NCBI GenBank assembly: GCA_905178155.1
Contig: CAJINV010000010.1
Span: forward strand, 1-64,000
Source: Amoebophrya sp. A120
Lineage: Eukaryota; Protista; Dinoflagellata
Direction: 5' to 3'
Length of the DNA stretch: 64,000 bases
Shown here: positions 28,001 through 40,706 of the stretch, piece after piece
How positions within the stretch are numbered: position 1 is the first letter of the stretch
Layout: the number at the start of each line of letters is the position of its first letter
Position numbers and translations under genes: made by a program
Notes under the pieces: generated by a model
The model's database searches: none
Told to the model about the DNA's origin: nothing
The model's input: the letters and a program-made list of their open reading frames with translations, nothing else

Positions 28001-31000
28001 TGGAATACGCGTCCCGATGAACAGCTGGTATAGTCCCGGTTTCAACTTCTTCCGGTTCAACTTGGATAGCTTCAGTTTGTCAAATATGCAATACAGATTT
28101 CCCGTACATGTACCATAGATGCATCACAAATTTCACGACCAATCGTTGTCATGCTAAACTAGGATCAAACACCAATTTTGTGATGCCGAGACTGCATTTG
28201 TACTTGTACGGGAAATTTACTGTGGATATCAAACTGCAGCTTCACGTTGAAATACTCGTGCTGCTTCTCCTCATAATTTTCCACATTTATCCTGTGCAAA
28301 AGTATCGTACTCGTAGTAATCATGCAGTACAGATCTTTTTCTTAAGCTAAATCCGCATTACAGATTTTATTTCTCATGCTGAAAAAATTTGTAATGCATT
28401 TAGACGAATGCGATACTTTTGCACAGGATAACATTCTCCGTCACACAGTGCCGCAAAAACAGCGACAAACTGTGCCTCGCCCGGTCCGCGAACAGCCCCT
28501 GTGGCTTGTAGTAGTGTTTCCACGTGTAGAGTGGAAGTCGGGAGAGACTTGGTGTTGGTCGGATGTATATGAACTACAAAAGTATCGTACTCGTAAAAAT
28601 GCATTACAACTTTCCTCAGCATGAGAAAGAAAATTTGTAATGCGGATTTACCTTAAGAAAAAGATTTGTAATGCACGTTTGCGATTACTACGAGTACGAT
28701 ACTTCTGCACAGGATAATGTATTCCACCCGACTGGTTCTCGTTTTCGTGATCAGCCGCATGTTGCTGTCAAAAATTTCCAGATAAAACCGGTATGCATTG
28801 CAAAGATGTCTGTGTCTGGAAGATTGAAATCTGTGATGCGCATTTTGGATCAGACAAAAATCTGTCATGCATGGAAGGCAAAAGTAGCTCACTCCTTGTG
28901 ACCAAATTCTGGGATTTTTCATGCGAGATAGGCATGGAGAAAGCTCCTCAAAACCAGTGATGCGACTGACGCAGAAGCTGTGGCATACAATGTATGCCAC
29001 AGCTTCTGCGTCATACAAAAACAGCATGACAAAGTCCGCACTTTTCCACACCCAAGCACATTTGCATTTCATAACCGGTAGTACCGGCCGACTTCGAGGA
29101 ACATGCGCGAGGACTGCCCCACCGTGCTGCCGCCCGCGGTCAAGGATCGCGAGGATGTTGATGCACCAGTAGAAAAGCTGCTACCACTACTTTTCCCGAA
29201 GGAAAACCCGGAATCCGCTCTTCGGTTCTTCACTAGCGGGATCACGTTGTCCAGATCCTCGATCTCCTGATCTTCGGCCGCCGTGTTTAAGCTTGGGTAT
29301 GCAATACAAATTTCCCGTACAGGTACAAGATGCATCACAAATTTCACCAATTTGAAGCGTAAAACTTGTCATGCTAGACTAGGATCGAAGCCAATTTTTG
29401 TCATGCAGAGACCGCATGTGTAAGTACGTGTAGGGCGGGAGATTTACTGGGGGTATTGGGAGGAAGAAATCAACCGACGCGACGGAACTGCTCGAGTCTG
29501 AGCTGGTACTATCTCCACCCGTGTTGCTCCAGTACGAACTATTCGCCTGAAATAGCTCCGGCGTGACTCTGAATCTCTCCTTCATGGTCAACGTGTCAAC
29601 GCAGACTAAATACACCTGGCAGATGGTGTCCAGAGAGGTCTTTCCCAGGTTGGAAAACGTGTTATCTCCGGAGGAGGTTCCAGCTCCCGCTCCAGCGGTA
29701 TCCCCCGTACTAGCTGCGTCAGAGCTGTTCAACGTCAGCTGCGCTTGCAGCAATTGGCTAAAGAACATCGGCAACCCGGTGCAGTTGATCCAGACGCCAT
29801 TTTGCGGGAAGTATTGCTGCCACAACAGCGTCTCGATCTCGCCCCCGTGGAAGAATTTTGAGAGCGGCGATAGTTTGTTTTGCTTCGCGGATTTCTGGAG
29901 GTACAACTGCAGGAGAGTCGAGGACCTTGGATCGATGTCCTGACTGTCCAGGAATTCCAGCTCCTCGCTGTCGTCGTCAGACATGTTTTCGTGGTCAACT
30001 TGTTGCACGAGAGCTGCCACAGAGGACCCTTGTTGTCCACCCTGCTGTTCCGCCGCTGCCGCACTGGTTCTCGGAGCTGCCGCACTTCCACGACGACCAT
30101 CACCACCATTATTCCGGAAGTCCCCACCACCAACAGTCCGGAAAACCACGGGCAAGTTCTGCGCCACAGCAGACGGGGGTTGCTGCTGCACGAGAGATTG
30201 TTCGCTGGCCATCACCGCCGAGCCCGTCCCCTCGACGCCAACCGCCTCCGCCGGAACTCGGTGCGAAAACTGGATCGTGATCTCGTTCAAGTGCATCCGT
30301 TATCCAGTGCCAATGTGTCTGGGTCTGCAAGGTTGCAAACTTGTGATGCGTGTTGCGGATCATACAAAAATCTGTGTTGCATGACTTGCAAAAGGTCCCC
30401 ATTTCTGGCCATGCCGAGACGGAATTTCTCATGCAGAATAGGTATCACCAAGGGGCTGCAGAACCTGTGATGCTAGGCCCTGCATTCCAGACTTGGCGGA
30501 GCTTGGAAAAACTGCATGACAAAATCTCGCAATCTCCTAGACCCAGACATATTTGCAGTAGTTGATAATCGTTTTATCAAATTTGCCTGCCCGGACTGCC
30601 GCACGCCGTAGCAGATACAGGTCAAAATTGCCGCGGAAATGATCGTATCAAATGCAAATATGTCTGGGCTTGGAAGATTGCCGGGCTTGTCATGCATATT
30701 TTGCGTGACCCATCGTGCCTGCAGTGCATGACTTAGCATCACAGATTTCTGGAAGTAGGCTTTCTGATGGTGCCTACTCCGCATGACAAATCCCCTCTCC
30801 GCGTAGCACAATCTGGGTTCCTCTTGTTGGTCATGCAATACAGATTTTTTCAGAATCCAAACACAGCATGACAAGTTTGTGGATCCTTCCAGACCCAGAC
30901 ATATTTGCAATGCATATATCGTGATCCAGAAGGCGATGACGAAAAACACCGCGTCGGAGCCGACGACAAACGCCTCCGGGATGATGCCCCAGCCGGAATC

Positions 31001-34000
31001 GCCGGACCCAAAAGTCTTTTCGTAGAGGATGACTTCGCGGGTGTTCAACTGGTAGCAGAGAGTGGAAGCGGAAGGCAAAACCGTGTTCGGCACGCCGTCG
31101 TCGTCGCTCGCGGTCGGGCTGTTGCCGTAGTGCATCCGGGAAACCAAAGCACTTGGGGTGAGCAGTGCCTCCACATCCCAGTCCTGCCGACAAAGTATTA
31201 TCAAATGCAAAAATGTCTGGGTCTGGAAACTTGTGATGCAAGACAGTCAATGACAAACGCACTGTAATGCGCCGCCAAGCATGACTAGTTTTTTCGTGCT
31301 TCTGTGCTGCGTATTCCGCATGAGAAACTGTGTTTTTGCATGACAGGCGAGACAGAGAGGCTGTTTGTGGCCACGCAATACAGATTTAAGGGCCATGATG
31401 CCAGATCAGCGTGACAATTCTCGCAATCTTCCAGACCCAGACATTTTTGCAGTTGATAAGTATGTGGCGGATGACATCTTCGATTGCGCCAAGTTGGGAG
31501 ATCAGGAATTCGGTCAAAATCAACCCTTTCCCGGTGTCGAGATAGCCTAGATACGGATCTGGAGGGGAGGGGAGGTCTTCTTGTGTATTCGAGACTTCAT
31601 TTGATGGGTGTTTATTCAGCTTTTTAGTTATTTTCAACACCTTCTGTTCTTTCGTGTGTTCTCGTTTCTTGTCGACGTTTACTTTCTTCTCTTTTTCGAA
31701 AGAAAATTTTTCTTTGCTGAGTTGCAGTGCGGACGAGGAGTCTCGTACTTGAGGAGGTTGATCTTGATCTACTAGGGCACCATGGGCCGCCTCATCTTCG
31801 TCATTTTTCTTCTTCCCTAATTCCAACATCGCTTGATCTTGCGCCGCTTGCTGCTGTACAAGTACCCCGCCAGGACGAGCAGCTGGACCACCTTCAGCCA
31901 GTGGCACGTCTCCGTCCGCCGAGGGTGAAGGTAAGTCCGGCACGCCACCGATGTACATGATGCTGTTGTGCGTAAAATATCGCCTCGTCTGCCGTATCTT
32001 AGGGTCGCTCTGCGAGTGCCCGGCTCCGAATCTGTCATCACTCATCTTGAAGAAGTCATGGGTTGTGGACCAGGAGGGGATCATGTTCTCCCGATACAAG
32101 AAAGATTTCTGGTCCGAAAATCGCAGCGAGTTGGGCAGAAACCGGTGCACCCAGTTCCACACGTTCCCGCGGAGATCCAGTGAATCTTGTATGAAAGCCC
32201 CAGGTTGGAAATCCTCAAAGTGGAAATTACTATCTATTATATTCATGCGAAAAAAGAGGTCTACAGAGGGTCGAAGGGAGGTGGCCGAGAGGTCAAAAAG
32301 AGGTCGACAGAGGTCAAAAAGAGGTCGACAGAGGTGGAGAGGTGGCGCGGGAGGTCAATCGAGAGGGTGGCCGAGAGGGTGCGCGAGTATAGCCCGCCGA
32401 AGGACTCGCCCTAAAGCCGCGCCTATGGGGGACGGAGGTGGCCGAGAGGGTCCCGAGAGGGTAAACGAGAGGGGGACAGAGGTGCCGAGAGGTTGCGCGA
32501 ATAAGGGCGGGCCTCTCGCGCAGCCTCCTGGCCACCTCTCGGCCACCTCTGTAGACCTCTATCTGTGAGTATAGCCGAACTATTAGCAACACCTCTCGGG
32601 AGAGGTGAAAAAGAGGGTCTGCGAGAGGGTCAGAACAACCCGAATCCCCCCGGCACGCGGTCGATTTTCTTTGGGCCTTTTCATGGCGCAGGCCCGCACC
32701 CCCACCCTTTCGCGCAACCCTCTCGCGCCACCCTCTCGCGCTACCCTTTCGCGGTCGCGCCAGCGATTTTCGCCGGGAAACAAATTAAAAGGGGGCGGGT
32801 GGGTGATCAAAAAAAGGCAGCGCGGCTTCCGTTCTGCTTCCTTCGGCATCTATGTCGAGCCGGCTTCGTTTCGCCCCCAAGCTTCGCTGCAGCTGCTCCC
32901 TGCGCATAGCGCCTGAAGGCGCGGGAAGCGCGCAGGAGGCCCAGCGGGTTGAGATGGCGCAAACCGGCGCCAGTATTTTCTTCGACCTACCTTGACGCCG
33001 TGCGCAAACAAAGCTGTGGCGCTGTAGCCCGATCCGCAAATAGTCCTGCCCCGCCACAACAGCCACTCGCCCCGGCGTCAGCCGGGGCATGGCTGGTAAT
33101 TTGTAATGCAAAAGAACGACTCCAGTGGAAGCGCCATTTGTAGTCGGCGCATGACAAATTTCCCGGGCACTCAAAGCGTGTCTGTCATGCTAGAAAGGCA
33201 AAGGGTTGCACCTCTCTCGTGCTAATCAGCACTCCAATTCTTGACCCGTAGCACGACAACAGTCGGCTTCCGTTGCATCCTCTGCAATGCAGTCTTTTTT
33301 GCGTCGCATTTCATGCATCACAAATTATTTCCACGTTGAGGATTTCCATTCTGAGGCTTTCATATCTTGTTTCCGGAAAGTCATCGGGTATTTGATCCGC
33401 GCGAAGTATGGGGGTGTCAGGATTGAAATCGTCACAATTGAAATCAAATAATTTGCCATGCATAAAGTGCAGCCCTCAGAGTGCTGTCTTGCAGAGTAGG
33501 CAAGTGACGCAGATTGTAAGCCTGTTGAGGGGTAGAAACTGAGCGTAGTAAAGTAGCACGACAAAAGGCGTCTTTCTTACCCAAACAGCATGACAAACTG
33601 GATTCCGGCTCCAACTAAATTTGTCATGCGCCGATTGGAAACTGGGTCACAACTTTCATCCATTTTATGCATTGCAAATTATTTCAACTTTGTCGATTTC
33701 AATCCTGACAGATCCATACGAAGTCGTACAGCTTTTGTTCGTTCGGATCTTTGGCCGTTGTTGTGTAAACTTCGTCCTCCCCATGCGCCGTTTCTAGCGC
33801 TACCATTCCCGGCGCGTAGTTAATGTCTACGTTGTATCCTGAGGAAAGATGTCCCCACCCCAGAGTCAAGATGGGGATTTTGCAACACAAATCAACAATG
33901 TTTGGCTGTTGCGCATGACAAGTTTGCGTCTGTAGCATAGAGGTGCTTGGCTAGCAAACCTACATCACAAATGTAGCCCCTCATCCTGATTAGAGCATGA

Positions 34001-37000
34001 CAAAGCCCCAGACAGCATGAGAAAATGCTCCTCGTGGGGCATGCGCATGAGACACAATTTGGGCATGCAAATTAGCATGACAACTCTGGTGTGGGGACGT
34101 TTTTACATATGATACGTTGTAGACGTTCGGAGCCAACGTCCACAGCAAATCGAACCAATGCTTCTCCTATGCTCTGCAAAAGCATCGCGCTCATAGTAAT
34201 TGCAGTCATGCTCATGCATTATAAATTTTTTTCTCAACGTAAATCCGGATTACAAATTTTATTTCTCACGCTAAGGAAATTTGTACTTATATGCATTTAT
34301 ACGAGTACGATGCTTTTGCATTTCATATCTCCTCTATTCGGTAGGCGTGACTGTCCGCAATTTGGAATTGCCCGTGCTTCCCCCCGTAGTTCAAATCGAT
34401 GAAATTGATCACGTACGGCGGCTCGATCATCTTGTACTCGATCCCACTCGCCGGGGGGAAAACCTGCGGGGAGCCGAAGTCATCTCCCTTTTTGGTCGGG
34501 AGAGCGGAATCCGGTAAATCTTGGTCCTGTAACTGAGACATGAAAACCCGATAGACGTTGTCGCGGAAGTCGTAGGGAACGGAAGATGTAGGTGCTGCTC
34601 CTGCAGCTCCATTTGCCGGCTCTTGCACGGCTGTGCTAGAAGTACTTCGTGGCGTCCCAACTAGTCCAAAATCGTACTGAAAAGTGTTGTTCCGACACGC
34701 GTCTTTAAGCTGGTACCCCTTCCCGGTTCCCGGCTGATCTTGTAAATCTTTCACCGGTTCCGCAACTTCCTTCATTACGGTGATCGTTTGCCCCGGGTTG
34801 TTCGGATCCTGTGCCTGCGTCTCCACAAACTTCGTCTTCGCCCGGGACAACACCGACCTCTCCAAGTCCGTTCGGGAAATTTTCGCCGCGCGCAGGGAAT
34901 AATCGTATTTGTTCGTGTCGAGAGTGATAGCCGCAGCAGGTGCAGCAGCACCAGCACCGCCGGCAGCAGGCACTATGCCCAGAAAAAAAAAACTATCCCC
35001 ATCCATTTATTGCATGAGAAACACAGACCTTCTATGCATGTTTTGCACCACAAATTCGATGGGGAGGAAGAGTTTTTTTTTGTTCATAGGCACCGGTGGA
35101 ATCGTCCGCCGATACACCGGGTTTTTCACCAGCGCCCTATCCTAAGCAAAAACGTCCCCGCACCAGAGTGAAGAAGAAGATGGGAAATCTGCTAGACAAA
35201 TCAACCAACTTTCGCTGTTTCGCATGACAGGTTTGCCCTCGTAGTGTGATCCTGTTTCGCTAGTTCAGCAGCATCACAGATCTAGAACATAATGCTGATT
35301 CTAGCGTCACAAACTCAAAAACAAAAACACGACTAGCAAATGCCCCTCATGGCGCTCGACATGACAAACATTTTTGGCATGCCGATTTGCATGACAACTC
35401 TGGTCGTGTGGGGACGTTTTTACTCAGGATACACCCGGAGGGAAACTTTATGCTTTTCCGCCCGAGAGAAGATAGACAGGAGCAATCCCCTTCCACCCTT
35501 CCGGTACTTTGCGTTGGGGTTGGTTTTCCGCGACGTTCCGGCGGGGGAAGTGGTCAACGGGTCGACAATTCCTTTGTCAAAGGCAAATATGTGTCTGGGT
35601 CTGGAAGTAGAGCAAGAGTGCAAAACTGGTTACGCATCTCGCGGACCACGCGCGAGGTCTGGGATGCGCACAAGGGCGTCACAGGTTTTGCGAGTACACG
35701 TTCCTGACTCCTATTCAACGTGAGAAATGCGCCTTTATTTCGTGGCTTCTAGCAAGTCGCGGACAACAAGTTTTGGGGTTCATAGTGCAAAATTTTTTCT
35801 CAGTCGGGAAGTCGCATGACGGATTGCATTCTTCCAGAGGACCCAGACATATTTGCAATGGATACCCTCTATCCGCAGTCGAACTTACGCCACCGAGACG
35901 CAGGATCGGGAAGATGCACTATGGGGGTGTCAGGATCGAAATCGACAAAGTTGAAAAATTTGTAATGCATAAATTGCAGGGCATGTATGGCCTGTGTTGG
36001 GGAGGAGGCAGATGAGACCGATCGCAAGCCTGTTTAGGGGAAGGCGATGCGCTGCCAGAGTAGCATGACAGGAGCAGCGTTCTTTGCCCAAACAGCATGA
36101 CGCACTGGATTTCGGTGCTCTTGAAATTTGTCATGCGCCACTTGGAAACTGAGGCCCCAACTGGTATCGATTTTATGCATTGCAAGTTATTTCGATTTTG
36201 TTGATTTCGATCCTGACACTTCCATATGCACGCTTCGTGACTTATATCATCCCTTGGATACAAGTCGATCTCGTTGGGGACTTGCGTTTTTTTCGTTGTA
36301 CCAGCACCCCCCGCCGGATATGCACTGCAAAAGTATCGTACTAGTATGAACTGCATGACAAATTTTCTCAAGAACAAAAACGCAATTTGTAGTGCTGTTT
36401 CGCCTTAGACAGTAGATCTGTCATGCATGGCTGCAATTAGTACGAATACGATACTTTTGCAATTCATACAGGATCTGGCTCCACGACTTCTGTAGACAAT
36501 GGCGGGTCCGGCGGAACGCCGGCGAGGATCATGTTCTGCACCACCGACGGCGACGCGCGGACCTGCAGAAAAGCGTTGGGGTACCCGTCGTCGTCTTCGG
36601 TTGCAGAGGTCGCTAGCGGAGGGGCGGGAGGTGCACTACCGTCATTCGGCACACATTCGCACAACCACGTACCCGAACTGGGATCCGCCGGATAGTTGTC
36701 GCCCTCTTGGAAGTGGCATTTTCGTTCGGCGCCACCTGCTCCGCTATCGGATGATGTTGAGGAACCACTAACAGGACTACTGGACCGACACATCTCGTTG
36801 TTGTGAAACACGAAATCCACGGACCCGGCGGAAGAAGTTTCGTGGAATTTTATCACAAAATCCTTCGGAAAGTTTTTGTTCAGCAATAATTGGCTCGGGT
36901 TGCGGAAAAAGTTCGCGGAAACGCGGCCTCGGATCATCTTTATCTCCAGCTGATTCTTGTCCATATCGGGCAACACCGTCGAGTCCAGCATGGAGACGAA

Positions 37001-38644
37001 CACCCACTGCAGATCGAATTTCACGAATTCCTTGGCTTTGATGAAAAATGCCGTGGTGGAGTGGATCTGCGCGAGGCTTTCCTGCGACTTCAGGTAGAGG
37101 TAAAGCGACCGAATGTGGTAGTCAAAGCGGGTTTGTTCCAGAAAGGCTTCCAGGTCTTCTTCGTCGTAAATTCCGTAGAATGGCGTAGAAAGTGTTCCCT
37201 CTGTTTTTTCCTGCGCCGCTTTTTTCCAAATCCTTGTCAGCGCTTGGAGATCCAGCGTCACGATATTCAACGTGCAGCTGTATTTCGGACTCACGATATT
37301 CCGTGAAAATTAACCATCCCATCCATCCAATTTGTGCATGACAAACAGAAAGCTTTATGTATGTTTTGCATCACAAACTGGATCATGGGAATGTTTAAAT
37401 TATTTCAGGGGATACACGATGCGCTTTTCGTATTCGACGGTCAGTGTGGAGGTTTGCTTGCCCATGAAAAACTCCTCAGCTTTATCCAACAAAAAAGTGT
37501 TAACATCAAACGGTTGGCATAGATTGCAAATATGGCATGACAAATTTTACCAAGCATGCATGCTACGCATGACAAATTTGGGCACGTTTTGTGATGCCTT
37601 CCTGCGTCACAAATTCCGTTAACGTTAAACACTTTTTCCTGTGATACGGTTCCTCGACAAAGCTGTCGGAGGTGCGCAGGATCAGGAGCGTATTCGAGGC
37701 GTACCTGATTTTTTTAAAATCTAACCGAACCAGTCGTGGGCAAAGTAATTAACCATCTGCAGCTTGTTTTGTTCTTGCACTAGTAGGTACTACACGATGC
37801 AGAAATTAAAATTGTACGAGGAGTCGTGTTTCTGTGTCATCTTCTCGCTGCAACCACAGCATCACTTTTTTTGTGCTAGTAGCTCGCGTTCTGGAAACAA
37901 GTTCTGCAGTTTATTTCGTACCCTTTATTTTTCCAATCCTCGCTAACATCGTCTCCGCCCCCATATCAATATAGCTCGCTCAAGTGTAGTTACAATTCAT
38001 ATCAAAACTGTTCTTTATATATACGTACCCTTGAAAGAAAGCACTCGTAACGAGTGCTTTCTTTTAAGGGTTTCACTTCGAAATATCCATGGTCTGGCCG
38101 ACGGGGCCACGGCACATATTACATGCGCGCAGATTCTCAATAGTAAACCGGACCTGACTGACTGAAACATACGTCTACTTTTTTACGTAAAAAAACAAAA
38201 CGAGCGCCGTACACGTTTCTCATGCGTGGAACAAGGATGGCGAAGATGGTCATACAAATACACAACAGCATCAGCACTTTCTTCCATTTCTGACAGTTGC
38301 GATTGTAACACAACGACCACCTGGTCTTCATTCCATACCCGGAAACCGTTAAACTCGAGAAACTCGTCCCATGCCCTGTTCGACCACGCCGACTTAATTT
38401 TGTCTGGAGTGAACAACTGAAAATCCAGTGTGGAGGTGAATACCACGTCGCAGTTTGCGATCGAGATTTGCAGGTCGTGCTCTACCGGAATGTAGTACCG
38501 GGACTCCTTCTGCACATACCGGCCCTGGAAGATGCAACTGTACAAAAGCGCCCCCGTGCCTGCCGCAATTAGAAGAAAAGTGCAACAGGTCAGCGGCCAT
38601 CGGGACCGGAAAGGCACCGGGAGAGGGATGCCCTCAACGATCAT
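10065..38644 (-). CDS. giant multi-pass membrane protein (~4,700 aa) with degenerate EF-hand-like segments near the C-terminus
   Basis: Frame is continuous from ~37703 to the TAG at 10065 after removing 49 elements plus 5 bp each (starts: 37483, 37297, 36319, 35920, 35575, 35138, 34974, 34168, 33835, 33407, 32190, 31199, 30646, 30301, 29298, 28792, 28568, 28288, 28085, 27621, 27370, 27156, 26928, 25845, 25154, 24749, 24480, 23988, 23807, 23409, 23080, 21919, 20764, 20410, 20052, 18440, 16749, 16356, 15796, 15237, 14908, 13976, 13637, 13065, 12629, 12367, 10739, 10433, 10115). Hydrophobic segments at ~30600-30980, 23360-23990, 21030-21580 and 10370-12630. The link to the putative first exon (38644, MIVEGIP...TM anchor) is unresolved. 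Confidence 0.7.
10115..10367. mobile_element. family A introner
   Basis: DR gtaga. Confidence 0.9.
10433..10697. mobile_element. family A introner
   Basis: DR ggcga. Confidence 0.9.
11503..11613. repeat. perfect 111-bp palindrome with internal hairpins
   Basis: 55-bp arms around G11558. Confidence 0.9.
11961..12177. mobile_element. family F element nested in the hAT-like element
   Basis: TATCGCAAGAAAAAG / TATCCCACGAAAAAAG ends; DR gataa; interior similar to 62445-62663. Confidence 0.85.
12367..12575. mobile_element. family F introner
   Basis: DR agaac. Relatives at 15237, 43032, 55269, 62445. Confidence 0.9.
12629..12911. mobile_element. family C introner
   Basis: DR gcatc. Confidence 0.9.
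13065..13302. mobile_element. single-copy family K introner
   Basis: TIR T(A/T)TGGC..CTCAA.CGTTACATTCTCAACTGTTACATGA; DR caaat/caact. Confidence 0.8.
16749..16919. mobile_element. family G introner
   Basis: AAAAA(G)TGTTAAC ends; DR ccttc/ctttc. Relatives at 37483 and 41156. Confidence 0.8.
18561..19585 (+). mobile_element. non-autonomous Helitron-like element, copy 1
   Basis: 5' TTTCTATATATT; 3' hairpin GCTCCGGC-ggca-GCCGGAGC then CTGG; inserted A|T without TSD. Confidence 0.7.
19071..19357. repeat. 13-bp minisatellite (GCCACCCTCTCGC)n, ~22 units
   Basis: Directly visible; shorter arrays at ~32700-32750 and ~60105-60255. Confidence 0.95.
20410..20714. mobile_element. family I introner
   Basis: TIR TATGAAAGCCTC..; DR cggtt. 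Confidence 0.9.
28085..28228. mobile_element. family D introner
   Basis: TATGCAATACAGATTTCCCG / TATCCACAGTAAATTTCCCG; DR tcaaa. About 9 members. Confidence 0.9.
32190..33364. mobile_element. family I introner hosting a Helitron-like element
   Basis: DR tcttg. Confidence 0.85.
32227..33096 (+). mobile_element. non-autonomous Helitron-like element, copy 2
   Basis: gtggaaa|TTACTATCTATT...GCCCCGGC-gtca-GCCGGGGC atgg CTGG|taatttg; removal restores the host TIR gtggaaataatttg exactly. Confidence 0.75.
34974..35088. mobile_element. short (~115 bp) family L introner
   Basis: DR ggcac. Relatives at 37297-37414, 42843-42958, 48432-48539. Confidence 0.85.
38027..38071. repeat. 45-bp hairpin palindrome
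   Basis: acccttgaaagaaagcactcgt-a-acgagtgctttcttttaagggt. Confidence 0.8.
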
Positions 38645-40299
38645 TCTCTTTTTAAAAGTCTACTTCTGAGCTTCTAGGTCCTCTAAGAAAACCAATACAA
38701 CTACAAACAACTACGACAGGATAGACACGTGCACTTTTTAGGTTCTACCGTACAACTATTAAGCGCGTAATGCGTTCTTGCATGAGGGAGCGCACACTGC
38801 GAAGGCAGACTGACTTCGCATCGACCGGTCTTGAAAAACTAATGTAAAAATAGAATACCAATCATCAACTTTTTACCTTTATTACGAATGGTTTCGAGTT
38901 CGAGCGACGAGGAAAAGAACCACGAATAATACGATCGGAGACGATGCGATTGATGTCAACGAGTGAAGGAATCTAATTCTAAGTACGACTCTGCGAAGAT
39001 CCCTGTCGATTCACAACATTTCAAACGAGAATGAATTTCGATTTCCATGAACAAGACGGCACTTCTGCCACAGGCGACACGACGAATATGTTCAACATTT
39101 CGAAGCGAGAAGACGTCGTCGGAGGTCTATTTCGATTCATCTCTTGAAGTAGATCAACAACGAGGAGGTAGTGGCGACCGCGACCAGGTCAGATGGTGGC
39201 ATGACAAAAACAAGGCGAACAAGAATAAGAAAGCTACGGCCGAAGTGATTCTTTACTCTGCTTTGCCAACATTTTTGCGGCATCAGTGTTGTTTGAGAGT
39301 AGGTGTGTCAGTTGTCACTGTCACGTATCATTCTCATTGTCACTAGTTTCTAACAATTTTGAATGTCAAAGGCATAAGTTCTTAAGTGCCCCCCGCTCTT
39401 GCAGTTCAGTTGAGCTCAAAGTCGAATTTATCTTCTTTGAGCTACTGCAAGGAAGCACTGCCTCAAGGACGCCCTTCTCCTTCAGTTGCTGCAAGGTGTA
39501 GAAAATTTTTCGCTTTCTGATCATGAAAAGAGAAGATAGAGATACTCGCTACGTCGATTCATGCATAAGATATGCCGGTGATCTGCAGTCGTGGTCTTCT
39601 TCCTCTCTATAATTTGCTTCTTCAAGCGTGATAAGGAAAATCTGAGTGTGCTGGCACTGCTAGCTCTTTCGCTTCGGGGAGCTACAGCATCAAATCAAAA
39701 AATCAAATCTAAATCATACATTCATTTTTTCTAGTCAGTTGAAGGGGACGTATTAATTTCGTAGAGCCATACAATGTTATTTTTAACCGCCTTCGCCCGT
39801 GTGATGAAGGTGCTGTCGTTCTTTTCAGGTATGATAAACAAACAACGTAGTTCCACTCTGGTGTCCCTACTTGGTCGGGCCTCCAGACAGCGACGCTTCA
39901 TCTTGAAGTGTTGTGCAACAAGTCGTAAACTTTTTTCTCAACGCGCAACCACAAAGTCAATGTTAAACAAGATACTTCATGCTAAAATATTGATTTTTGA
40001 AGTTCCCCAGAATGATACAGCTTTCTGTTCTGATGTATCCAGTTGATAAAGAAGCGCAACGTGGTCTAATGCTAGCCTTAATTCTTATTTGGAAACAAGC
40101 TAGAAATTTGACGACAGAATCCGATCTTTAACTTTAGAGTCGACGCGGTATAATTATTCGTTCGTATACTTCGTTTCTACATTTAGATCTACTGGATGGG
40201 ACTGCGTAGTTTGCGCATAAAATACTTCGAGCGTGTACTAGTGCTGTATCTATCAGCATGGACGTGGTGCACGAGTAACTAAGAGTATACTTTATTTAG

Positions 40300-40576
40300 T
40301 TAATCCACTTCCACGACGTATACACACTTGCCTTTTTCCGCACCCTCCAGCATCGCCTTCGCCCAAAAACCGATTGTTCCATTCCAGCTCAAAAACGGAT
40401 TGATTTCCCATTCCTGCCTCGAGTACGTCGCCTTCCACCAGAGTGGCAGCTGCATGTCCCGCGGAAAGTTTGCGCGCACGAGACCAAGGAAGTTTTCCAC
40501 TTGAAACGACCTAGCCCCAGCTAGCATCCAGCGGAAGTGCAAGTGCGTCGCTTTGTTCATCTCCATGGCAGGAAAC
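40300..40576 (-). pseudogene. detached C-terminal part of the DUF285-like gene
   Basis: Starts with FPAMEMNKATHLHFR, the same peptide that ends the 42552 ORF, and continues open to a stop at 40300. Confidence 0.5.
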
Positions 40577-40706
40577 TTTCTTTCTACTAGAAACTTTCTG
40601 TTGATCTCCAAACTTTCTTTCTACTACTTCAACAAACTTCTACTAAACACTAAGTTAATATTTCCACAATCACACACCTTATCCTTAACCTTGTCATCTG
40701 TAAGTT

